Assembly: GCA_044376115.1 (NCBI GenBank)
Contig: JBILLK010000008.1
Span: forward strand, 160,001-224,000
From: Polyangiaceae bacterium
Lineage (GTDB): Bacteria; Myxococcota_A; Polyangia; Polyangiales; Polyangiaceae
Length of the DNA stretch: 64,000 nt
Direction of reading: 5' to 3'
In this document: piece by piece, positions 18,874-27,699 of the stretch
How positions within the stretch are numbered: position 1 is the stretch's first letter
How the letters are laid out: every line of letters starts with the position of its first letter
Translations under genes and position numbers: made by a program
The notes under the pieces: generated by a model
What the model was told of the DNA's origin: nothing
What the model saw: the letters and a program-made list of their open reading frames with translations, nothing else
Databases searched by the model: none

Positions 18874-20670
18874 ATGCGAGACGCGCACAGCTTCGCCGAG
18901 CCAGAAAGCGCCCGAATCACCCATCTAAAGCTGGAGCTCCACGTCGACTTCAACGAGCGCCAGCTCTCGGGCACGGCGGGCTTTGAGCTGCAATGCGCGA
19001 AGGGATGCAATGAGGTCATCTTTGATACGCGTAAACTCACGATCCGGCAGGTCACCGACTCGAGCGGACGTTCGCTCGATTACGAATTAGCGCAAGAGGC
19101 CCCGGTCCTCGGAGCCAAGCTCACCGTAAAACTACCCGCGAACGTCACCAGCGTCGTCATCCACTACACAACCTCGCCAGAGGCTGAGGCGCTGCAATGG
19201 TTGACCGCAGAGCAGACCGCTTCGGGGCGCTCCCCCTTTCTCTTCACCCAGGGTCACGCGATCCAAACGCGCAGTTGGATCCCCATCCAAGACAGCCCGG
19301 GCATTCGATTTACCTATGAGGCGCGCATCACCGTGCCCCCCCCGCTCGTCGCAGTCATGAGCGCCGAACACCTCGGAGTGGATTCGGTCCGTGTTGACAA
19401 CACCTTCGGCTTCCGCATGATGGAACCGATACCGGCTTATCTCGTCGCACTGGCCGTCGGCGACCTCGCCTCGCGTACGATTGGACCGCGCACAGCCGTT
19501 TACGCGGAGCCCGTTACGCTCGAGCGGGCAGCCTTCGAATTCGCCGAAATGGAACGTATGGTCGAGGCGGCTGAGGCTCTGGTAGGGCGTTATCGCTGGG
19601 GCCGCTTCGACCTTGTGGTGATGCCGCCCTCGTTCCCTTATGGCGGTATGGAGAACCCCCGGCTCACCTTCGTTTCGCCCAGCCTACTCGCCGGTGACCG
19701 ATCGCTCACAACGGTGGTTGCCCACGAACTCGCCCATGCTTGGGCCGGCAACCTGGTGACCAACGCCACCTGGAATGACTTCTGGATCAACGAGGGCACG
19801 ACCGTCTATTTGGAGCTGCGGCTGCACGAGCTCCTATGGGGCAAAGAGCGCGCTTTACTCCTTCAAAACTGGGGTTTCCGAGAGCTCGCCTCGGAGGTTA
19901 CGCGCATGGGAGCCTCCTCGCCGGATACACGTTTAGCCTACGAGATGGCTGGTCGTGATCCAGCCGAAGGGGTGACCGTCATTCCGTATCTCAAAGGTGC
20001 GGCCTTCTTTTGGGCCATCGAGAAGGCGGTCGGACGCTCGGCGCTCGACGCTTGGTTGGTTGGCTGGTTCAACCGCCAGGCCTTTCGCTCGGTGACCACC
20101 GAGCAACTGCTCAGCGACCTCCGTACACATTTGTTTGAGGCGCTGCCAGGGAAGGCGCTCCCACTCGATCTCGAAGGCTGGGTGCACGACCCAGGCCTCC
20201 CCGAGAGCGGGAGGCCGCCGCCTTCTATGATATTGAATGAGGTCGAGACCGCCGCGGCTGACGCGCTCGCGAATAGAAGCTTAGCAGCCCTCGACACCGC
20301 CAATTGGTCGCCACAAGCCTGGCGCCACTTCCTCGGCGTCTTGCTCGCCGGCCGGCCGGCGCTCGCCGTTTTGACCGCTATTGAAGCCCAATTCTCCTTG
20401 TCCAAGAGCCACAACGCAGAGGTGCTCTTGCCCTGGTTGCGGCTCCAGGTTCAAGCGGGCAATCAAGGAGCTACCCCAGAGCTCAAGAGCTTCCTCTCCG
20501 AACAAGGCCGAACTCGTTTCTTGAGGCCGCTCTACGCTGAATTACTAGGCAGCGAGTGGGGCGATTCGTTGGCACGCGATACCTATGCCGAGTGCCAAGG
20601 GCGGTACCACTCGTTGGTCCGCTCGAGCTTAGACAAGCTCTTCCGCGAAGCTCGAAAGCAGCCGCTATAA
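18874..20670 (+). CDS. M1 family aminopeptidase (leukotriene A4 hydrolase-like)
   Basis: GGMEN; HELAH..NEG zinc motif; PYLKG. Confidence 0.95.
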   Translation: MRDAHSFAEPESARITHLKLELHVDFNERQLSGTAGFELQCAKGCNEVIFDTRKLTIRQVTDSSGRSLDYELAQEAPVLGAKLTVKLPANVTSVVIHYTTSPEAEALQWLTAEQTASGRSPFLFTQGHAIQTRSWIPIQDSPGIRFTYEARITVPPPLVAVMSAEHLGVDSVRVDNTFGFRMMEPIPAYLVALAVGDLASRTIGPRTAVYAEPVTLERAAFEFAEMERMVEAAEALVGRYRWGRFDLVVMPPSFPYGGMENPRLTFVSPSLLAGDRSLTTVVAHELAHAWAGNLVTNATWNDFWINEGTTVYLELRLHELLWGKERALLLQNWGFRELASEVTRMGASSPDTRLAYEMAGRDPAEGVTVIPYLKGAAFFWAIEKAVGRSALDAWLVGWFNRQAFRSVTTEQLLSDLRTHLFEALPGKALPLDLEGWVHDPGLPESGRPPPSMILNEVETAAADALANRSLAALDTANWSPQAWRHFLGVLLAGRPALAVLTAIEAQFSLSKSHNAEVLLPWLRLQVQAGNQGATPELKSFLSEQGRTRFLRPLYAELLGSEWGDSLARDTYAECQGRYHSLVRSSLDKLFREARKQPL

Positions 20671-21099
20671 CGCTGGCTCGATCGCCCGCAGACCCGTTGG
20701 CTTCGGCGCTGGCGCCGGAGCGTCACCAACTTGCGCAAACGCAAGGTCGATCGTCTTGATCGCAGCGCGCAACCTCACCTGCGTCAGCCGGCTTTTCGCC
20801 AATAGCTCGTAGGCCTCGACGCAGTCGCGATACTCCTCACGCTTCCCCAAGCGAACCGGTAGTTCACGCTCGACCGGCCTGCCTGCCGCCAAGTCGAGCA
20901 GTGACTCTGCAATCAGAGCCCGCTCGTGCTCCGACTGGGCCGTCTTACGCAACTTTCTTTCAGCGGCACCAATCCGCGCCTCGAGCTTCTCGTCCTCGGC
21001 TTCACTCGACTCGAGCTAGGCGACCAAACCGAGCCGCTGGAGGCTCAGCTCACGAAGCACCACGGCCGCGCACAAAACGAAGCTGCTCTTGAGGCTCAC
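20665..21099 (-). pseudogene. Hypothetical helical protein interrupted by an in-frame TAG (or a short gene 20665-20952)
   Basis: The frame continues upstream of TTG 20952 to GTG 21099 with a single TAG at 21016-21018. Confidence 0.35.
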
Positions 21100-21159
21100 G
21101 GGTAGCACTCTAGCGAAGAACAGGCTCAAGCACGATCCCAGCCGGACGGGCGACGGGCT

Positions 21160-21660
21160 TCATCCCAAGCCATTAGCGCCCTGGTTCTGAAGCCACCTCT
21201 TCGCGCTCTCGGCGCTGAGCTTGAAGTCAGGTGCAACGCGCGTTCGGGAAACGACGGTATCCGAGCGGTCGAACACCGTCAGCACGGCGTGCGGATCCTC
21301 CTCATCCGGGACAATGTCCAGGTCGACGCGCACCCGACCGTCTTCCCCCTCCGCCATCACCGTGCGGTGAAGCTGAGCTCGACGCTGTTGCGCGTGCCTC
21401 ATCATGATTTCGTTTGCGCCGCGAAGTAGTACCGCAAAGGCACTCGCATCGAGAGGCTTCGGGTTCTTCTTGTCCCGCCCCATGGTCCAAGGCCCGACGA
21501 GGGACGGCTCCATAGCGCCGTCCGCGGTCATCGCGACCGCCCACCCGTCATCGTCCTCGTTCTTGATGATCCGCGCCGTCCAACCATCAGCGCAAAACAC
21601 GCGCGTATCCTGAGCCTGATCGTCCGTGGTCTCTTCCGAATCCGAAGGCGCTTTACTCAT
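21160..21660 (-). CDS. Conserved-looking hypothetical protein
   Basis: ATG start; globular composition (GWAVAM, GPWTMGRDKKNPKPLD). Confidence 0.75.
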   Translation of the reverse strand: MSKAPSDSEETTDDQAQDTRVFCADGWTARIIKNEDDDGWAVAMTADGAMEPSLVGPWTMGRDKKNPKPLDASAFAVLLRGANEIMMRHAQQRRAQLHRTVMAEGEDGRVRVDLDIVPDEEDPHAVLTVFDRSDTVVSRTRVAPDFKLSAESAKRWLQNQGANGLG

Positions 21661-21714
21661 TGGGCGTGACCCTACTCGCTCGTCGGCCTGATCGATAGCG
21701 GCAGGAGAGTGACC

Positions 21715-22713
21715 TCAGCTGCGTTTTGCCACCGCAAGTTCGTTGGCTGCAGCTTTGGCGCTTCGCGCTTCGGGATTGCCTTCGCTGCGCAACGCCACCA
21801 CGGCTCCTACGCCGAGCACCACCAGCCCCCCGCCGAGCAGGGTTTGCAGGCGAACGGTCTCGCCTCCGAGCAGAACCCCGAGCAGCGCGGCGATCGTTGG
21901 ATTGACATAAGCGTAGCTCGTAGCCACGCTCGGGCGGGCATTGCGCAGTAGATAGGCGTAGGCAGTAAACGCGACCATCGATCCAGCGACGACCAAATAG
22001 AGCCACGAAAGGCTCGCGCGGCTTGAGCTAGCCGAAGGCAGCCGCTCCCCTAGCACAACGCCCAACAGCAGTGCCGCAAGGCCGCCGAGGATCATCGGGA
22101 GAGCGGCGCTCATGACGCTGCTCTGAAGGCGCTGCCGCCTCGTTAGCCGAGAACCAAGCGCCCAACCAAACGGTGCCAAGAGCAGGAGCACGCTCGCTCC
22201 ATTGAGCCTGGAAACAGCCGAGAGCGGACCCAAGGTCATCACAGTAAGACCAGCAAACCCCAGCACCAGGCCAACAACTTCAACTCGTCGTGGACGCTCC
22301 CCCACGAGCGCGCCCATGAGCACCATGACGAGCGGCATCGCCCCGCAAACGATGGCTGCCTCGGCGCTCGAAACTTCCCGCTCCGCCATCGACACGAAGC
22401 CGTTGCCTACGAGGAACAGCAATATCCCAGGGAGGATGGCCCGCGCGACATCACCTCGCGAAGGGATGCTCGCGCCTTGCCAACGCGCGATCAGAAATAG
22501 GGCGCTCCCAGCGAGCACAAACCGAGCACCCGCTGACAACATTGGTGGGTAGGCCATCACCACCCAACGCAACGCCAGATAGGTTGAACTCCAGATCGTG
22601 TAGACCGTGAGCAAGGCCAAAGGCACGAGCACCCTTGGCCCGCCAAAACGCCGAGCGACGGGTCGCACCAAACCGGCGGCCAATGGCATTGGGGATTGCA
22701 TGGCCGGCACCAT
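21715..22713 (-). CDS. EamA/DMT transporter (YedA-like)
   Basis: IWSSTYL; YLVVAGS; SYAYVNP; about 10 TMs. Start uncertain. Confidence 0.9.
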   Translation of the reverse strand: MVPAMQSPMPLAAGLVRPVARRFGGPRVLVPLALLTVYTIWSSTYLALRWVVMAYPPMLSAGARFVLAGSALFLIARWQGASIPSRGDVARAILPGILLFLVGNGFVSMAEREVSSAEAAIVCGAMPLVMVLMGALVGERPRRVEVVGLVLGFAGLTVMTLGPLSAVSRLNGASVLLLLAPFGWALGSRLTRRQRLQSSVMSAALPMILGGLAALLLGVVLGERLPSASSSRASLSWLYLVVAGSMVAFTAYAYLLRNARPSVATSYAYVNPTIAALLGVLLGGETVRLQTLLGGGLVVLGVGAVVALRSEGNPEARSAKAAANELAVAKRS

Positions 22714-22783
22714 GGCACGTCCTAAGAACCGCCGCCGGTACAGCTGCGAAGGCCCACGACCAGTGCAGATTCAAAGCCATCGT

Positions 22784-23764
22784 TTAGGCAGCGGGCTTGG
22801 CAGCTTGCTGAGGCACAAGGTCTGGCGGAGCCAGCTGCCAGCTAATGAACCCCACGCTTGCGAGGGTCGCGTGAATGAGCACGAACAACACGAGCCCAAA
22901 CACAACGCCACTGCTGGCCGAGTGCCCAAGCATTGGGAATAACTGGAAGTAAAGCGCCTCGCGCAGGCCCACCCCAGAAATTGAGATCGGCACCAAGCCA
23001 ATGAGACTGCCAAGAACGACCAACGCAGATGTGTCTAAGGGCGCGAGGTCCAATCCCAAGGCAGAGGCCAAAAGCTGCCCTTGAAGACAATTCACCGCGA
23101 AGCCTAACAACGTATTTGGCATAGCCCTAAGAAAGGCAGAAGCCGAATAGGAGCGAACACTGAGCAAAACATTGGCGATCAGCCCGCCCCCCGCCGGCAA
23201 GCGGCGCGCAATCCGAAGTAAAGGTGCGTCGAATCGGTTGGTCACCACCAACGCAACGGGAAGCATCGCGCTTGCACCAACGAGCCACCAGGCAACTCCG
23301 GGCAATAAGCGGAAAGCGCCAAAGTGGACCAACGCAAGCAACGCGACGAACCCAAGCACCATCAGGTCGCAGACCCGATCCACAACGACCGAGGCGAGCC
23401 CGACGGCATAGGGCGTCCCGAGTTGGCTTTTTAGGTAGTGTGCGCGCAGTCCGTCACCGACTCGACCAGGGGTAATCATCCCCAGGTACATCGAAGAAAG
23501 GAACGCCCCCCACGCCAGCTTACGTGGATACACGATCCCTTGGGTCAAGAGCAGCCTACGCCAGCGCTCAACCTTTGTGTGCACCGCGATACCATTGAGA
23601 CTCAACGCAACCAGCAGCGGCAGGAGCGAAGCGTTGCTGACTGCCCGTGCGACCTCTGCGAGCGAATCGGTCCGCAAGAGCAGCACCGCAAGGATGAGAG
23701 GCCCCAGGAGACGAACCAACCAACGGACTGCGAAGCGACGCCTCTTGTCCGGCACGAGCGTCAC
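22784..23764 (-). CDS. Lysylphosphatidylglycerol-synthase-TM/UPF0104 flippase-like membrane protein
   Basis: RW, PGRVGD, DR, PISISGVGLRE motifs; GTGA overlap with the methyltransferase stop. Confidence 0.85.
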   Translation of the reverse strand: MTLVPDKRRRFAVRWLVRLLGPLILAVLLLRTDSLAEVARAVSNASLLPLLVALSLNGIAVHTKVERWRRLLLTQGIVYPRKLAWGAFLSSMYLGMITPGRVGDGLRAHYLKSQLGTPYAVGLASVVVDRVCDLMVLGFVALLALVHFGAFRLLPGVAWWLVGASAMLPVALVVTNRFDAPLLRIARRLPAGGGLIANVLLSVRSYSASAFLRAMPNTLLGFAVNCLQGQLLASALGLDLAPLDTSALVVLGSLIGLVPISISGVGLREALYFQLFPMLGHSASSGVVFGLVLFVLIHATLASVGFISWQLAPPDLVPQQAAKPAA

Positions 23765-24384
23765 ACGAGAACTCGCGGACGAAGCAGCGCGACAATCCAA
23801 GGGAAGGTCGTGGTCATCCGTACGACCTCAAACTGCTTACTCAGCAGGTCCCGGAAGCTCCGCCGGCCCCAGTGGTTGATGTGTTCCTCATCATTGCCGA
23901 GCCGGCGCACGTTCTTGCCACGCAGAAGGTTACTGGCCATGAAAAACGGTTCATGGGGGACCGAAGCGATAACGTACTTTGGGCCCACCGATAGGATTTC
24001 CTGCAACGCGAGTTCAGGCTGTTCCAAGTGCTCGAGCACCTCACAACACAGGACTAGGTCAATGTCTCTACGGGTACGCCAGGCCGACAGGTCATACGCC
24101 GACCCGACCTGGGCCTCGATCCCAGGGAACTTGGCGCGCAACCTCCTAATGTCTGGCTCGTTGACGTCAACTCCAATGAAACTCCGGTCGGGGAAACACT
24201 CCAGTAGGTAGCCGGAAAGGAACCCTTCGCCAACGCCCACTTCGAGCACACTACGGCGCGGATCTGCTTCGACGAAATACTCCCGCACAGCCAGAGCAAA
24301 CCTGCGGATCAGCGCACGCTGAATAGGGTTTCGGCTGCGGTACTTTGCGGTATCGAAGCGTTCGAAGTGTGCATTCGTTATCAC
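23761..24384 (-). CDS. Class I SAM-dependent methyltransferase
   Basis: VLEVGVGEG; CCEVLEHL; GTGA overlap with GT2. Confidence 0.9.
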   Translation of the reverse strand: MITNAHFERFDTAKYRSRNPIQRALIRRFALAVREYFVEADPRRSVLEVGVGEGFLSGYLLECFPDRSFIGVDVNEPDIRRLRAKFPGIEAQVGSAYDLSAWRTRRDIDLVLCCEVLEHLEQPELALQEILSVGPKYVIASVPHEPFFMASNLLRGKNVRRLGNDEEHINHWGRRSFRDLLSKQFEVVRMTTTFPWIVALLRPRVLV

Positions 24385-25493
24385 AGTCCCACCACCTGAG
24401 GAGCGCCATGAGTCGCGAGCCTAGAGCCGCTGAACGATGTGGCCTCAGCCCCATGACTCGGTCGTACGTCGCTGGCTTCAGCGGTCACGACTGCGCCGGC
24501 AACCGCCGTGCCTAGGCCAGGGCTACTAGCAAAGACGTAGTCGCGAATGGGAAGGTCCTTGGCCTTCTGCCGCTTCTGGTGAAGATAGGTGAGAAACTCC
24601 CCTAGGAAACCCATAGTAAAGAGCTGAATCCCGCCCAATATCATTAGCGTCCCCAGCATCAGCAGCGGCCTATCACCGATCCTCTGTCCGCCCGCCCATA
24701 GCAGCGTGAGGTAACAATTGATGAGGATCCCCACGAGCGCCATCGCCACGCCGAGCGCGCCGAACAAATGCATTGGCCGCTTGGAATACTTGGTAAGAAA
24801 CAGCACCGTCAGCAGGTCAAACGAGCCGCGAAAGATGCGCTCGAGACCGTAGCGAGAAGAGCCATGCTTACGAGCGTGGTGGGCTACCGGAACCTCCCCC
24901 ACCGAGAACCCTTCCCAGGAGGCCAAGGCCGGCGTGAAGCGGAACAAGTCTCCATAGATAGGAACGGATTCAATCACGGCTCTTCGATACGCTTTGAATC
25001 CGCAGTTCATATCGTGGAGCTTCACCCCCGTCAGCCTGCGCACGGCCCCATTGAATATTCGGGTCAGCACCAGCCGATTCACGGGATCCAAGCGCTTGAC
25101 CTTCCAGCCCACTACAACGTCCAATCCGCTATCCAATGCAGCCAAAAAGGCTGGGATCTCCTTTGGATCGTCCTGCAGGTCCGCGTCCATCGTCATCAGC
25201 ACCTGGCCACGAGCCTTGGAGAAGCCCGCCGATAGTGCGGTTGCTTTGCCGAAGTTTTTCCGCAACCTTATCGCATTTACGAACTCGGACTGTGCAGACA
25301 GCTCACACATCACCTTCCAGGTATCGTCACGGCTGCCATCATCGACCAAGATCAGTTCGTAGCTAACCGCCTCGGCGAGCGCCTCATGGATGCGACTCGC
25401 CAATTCCGGCAGACTTTCAGCCTCATTCAGCGCAGGAACGACAATCGAAAGAGTGGGGGCGGCTGGCTTTGTCTCAAACACTCCCGAGTTCAT
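24381..25493 (-). CDS. GT2 polyprenol-phosphate glycosyltransferase (ArnC/GtrB-like)
   Basis: VVPALNE; VDDGSRD; NFGKA; MDADLQDDP; two C-terminal TMs. Confidence 0.93.
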   Translation of the reverse strand: MNSGVFETKPAAPTLSIVVPALNEAESLPELASRIHEALAEAVSYELILVDDGSRDDTWKVMCELSAQSEFVNAIRLRKNFGKATALSAGFSKARGQVLMTMDADLQDDPKEIPAFLAALDSGLDVVVGWKVKRLDPVNRLVLTRIFNGAVRRLTGVKLHDMNCGFKAYRRAVIESVPIYGDLFRFTPALASWEGFSVGEVPVAHHARKHGSSRYGLERIFRGSFDLLTVLFLTKYSKRPMHLFGALGVAMALVGILINCYLTLLWAGGQRIGDRPLLMLGTLMILGGIQLFTMGFLGEFLTYLHQKRQKAKDLPIRDYVFASSPGLGTAVAGAVVTAEASDVRPSHGAEATSFSGSRLATHGAPQVVGL

Positions 25494-25659
25494 TGTCAGG
25501 AACCTTAGGAGCCTAAGGCAAGACCAGCAATTCATGATTGGTTATTAACGACAATGTCACTGCGTGGTCACCGACGAGCCGGCTAGTGTGACGTTTGCTC
25601 CGACTATGCCGCAAGAGCGTGCGACAATCGTCACATAGCTCGCAGATACTCGCCCGCGC

Positions 25660-27699
25660 ATGGCGACCCACACCATTGACCCTACCGTCTCGGCGGCGAA
25701 ACCCAGCCTGACCGCGAGAGTAGAGACGGCGCTCTCACGGTTCTCGGAATTCGCCAACAGCCGTGGGAAGGTGATCATTCTTTGCCTAGTTGCTGGGATG
25801 GCGCTGGGCTCGGTCGCATGGTTCGCGCCACTGTCCCGGCGCTCGCTGTTAGCCACGAACAAGCTCTCATACGAGCAGCAGCTCGCTGCAATCGTGCCTC
25901 CTCTCGCGCTTGGAGCGGTCTTTGCACTTGTGGGTGTTGGCGCTTCCTCCAACTGGATGCAAGGGAAACGTTGGGGAGAACGAGCCAAGCGGTCGGTGCT
26001 CGCGCTTGCGTTGACGTCGCTCTGTTGTCCGCTCGCCATGGCGTTGCTGCCTACCAAAGTGGAGGTTGAGCACCCGTGGTTTACGCTCGCAGCATCGCTA
26101 GTTGCGGGAGCGCTGTCCGGCGTAGCTACCGCAACCTTGCTCGGCGCAAAGGTCGAGCTGAAACCACGAGCAGCCAACCGCTTCATCGGGCCGCTGTTGG
26201 TCTGTGCGATGTGGGCTGGCTATGCCGTTGTCATCAGTCGTCTGGCAATAGCCAATCACCACGCGATGAACACGCGCACCATCGACCTGGGCATATACGA
26301 TCAGATCTTCTACCAGAGCGCGCACGGCAACTTCCTCGGGTGCAACTTCGTACGAGCGAACTATCACGGCTCCGCACACTTCGATCCGATCTTGGTGATT
26401 CTCTCGCCGCTGTACCGCCTCCACCCACGCGCCGAGACCCTGCTCGTCCTTCAAAGCGTTTGGGTGGGATCTGGAGTCATCCCCGTCTACTTACTATTCA
26501 AACGAGCGTTCGAGCGAACCGGCCCAAGCCTGATCGGCGCTGCATGCTACGCGCTGCACCCTGCGATACACGGCGCCAACCTGTATGAATTTCACTCCCT
26601 TACACTGGCTACCGTGCCGATGCTTTGGACGTTGCTCGGCTTCACGGGAGAGAGCAAGTGGCGCTACTGGGGTGCGCTAGCGATCGCGCTGCTGGTCCGC
26701 GAAGACGTTCCGATCATGCTCTCGTTCGTTGGGCTCGCTGGCCTTCTTGGAGCGAACCAACAGCTACGGCTGAGGGGCGCAATGACGGTTGCGGTCTGCG
26801 CCGCGTACTTTGTCATCGTCAAGGCTGTCTTCATGACTTCAAGCGGGGTCCTGATGAAGGGCGGCGCTGAGTCCTACTCATTCTCTTACTACTACGCGGA
26901 CATGATCCCAGCCGGGAAGGGACTCGGCGGAATGGTCCTTACGCTCTTGAGCAACCCAGCGTTTGTCCTGCGCCATGCCCTCAGTGAAGCAAAGGTGCTC
27001 TACGTACTAAAGGTATGTGGGCCGCTCCTCCTTCTGCCAGCGCTGGCCAGGGGACGGCGATGGCACTTTTTCTATGGGGCAACGTTCATCCTTCTGGCGA
27101 CGAGAGAGCCGGTGTTCTCTACGGGGTTTCAGTATTCAGCTTGCCTGCTCCCCTTCTTATTCGCGGCCTTTCCCCAAGGCCTTTCGGCGTGTGCGCAGCG
27201 CCTGCACTCACTTTCATTGTCCTCCTACGCGGCCGCTCAAAAAGGTCTACTCGCTGCCTGCCTCGTTAGCTCCGTGCTCGTCTCCTGGAAGTATGGCGCC
27301 TTTCTTGAGAATGACGCCTTCCGAGGGGGCTTTTCACCGATTGCGCGCAGCCTCACACCCGAACAAAAGACCCGTTTTGAATGGCTTGAGACGACCAAAG
27401 CGATGATCGAGCCGGGAGCCAGTGTGGGGGTGACCAACCGCACTGGCCCACACGTGTCGAACCGCAGTGAGGCGCACTTCTACGGCAAGCGTTGGACCAA
27501 CTATGTCTTCATCGACGAGCGGGACCTGAAGAAGGAGCGCCTTTCGCAGCACCGCTCGGCAGTGAGGGACGGTCGCCTCATTCAGGTTGCCAAACATGGC
27601 TCACTGGTCCTCTTGCGAGCGACCTCGAAGCCAAAGGCGAATGCCGAGGAGGAGGCGATTGATGTCCGCGAACTCTCTGGTGATGAGCCGACGCCATGA
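25660..27699 (+). CDS. DUF2079-family polytopic membrane protein (GT-C-like)
   Basis: DLGIYDQ; HFDPIL; YEFH; VRED; many TMs. Confidence 0.8.
   Translation: MATHTIDPTVSAAKPSLTARVETALSRFSEFANSRGKVIILCLVAGMALGSVAWFAPLSRRSLLATNKLSYEQQLAAIVPPLALGAVFALVGVGASSNWMQGKRWGERAKRSVLALALTSLCCPLAMALLPTKVEVEHPWFTLAASLVAGALSGVATATLLGAKVELKPRAANRFIGPLLVCAMWAGYAVVISRLAIANHHAMNTRTIDLGIYDQIFYQSAHGNFLGCNFVRANYHGSAHFDPILVILSPLYRLHPRAETLLVLQSVWVGSGVIPVYLLFKRAFERTGPSLIGAACYALHPAIHGANLYEFHSLTLATVPMLWTLLGFTGESKWRYWGALAIALLVREDVPIMLSFVGLAGLLGANQQLRLRGAMTVAVCAAYFVIVKAVFMTSSGVLMKGGAESYSFSYYYADMIPAGKGLGGMVLTLLSNPAFVLRHALSEAKVLYVLKVCGPLLLLPALARGRRWHFFYGATFILLATREPVFSTGFQYSACLLPFLFAAFPQGLSACAQRLHSLSLSSYAAAQKGLLAACLVSSVLVSWKYGAFLENDAFRGGFSPIARSLTPEQKTRFEWLETTKAMIEPGASVGVTNRTGPHVSNRSEAHFYGKRWTNYVFIDERDLKKERLSQHRSAVRDGRLIQVAKHGSLVLLRATSKPKANAEEEAIDVRELSGDEPTP

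Noticed and set aside
22713..22728. TGGCACG sigma54-like element
   Set aside because: No -12 GC, and it points antisense to the local genes.
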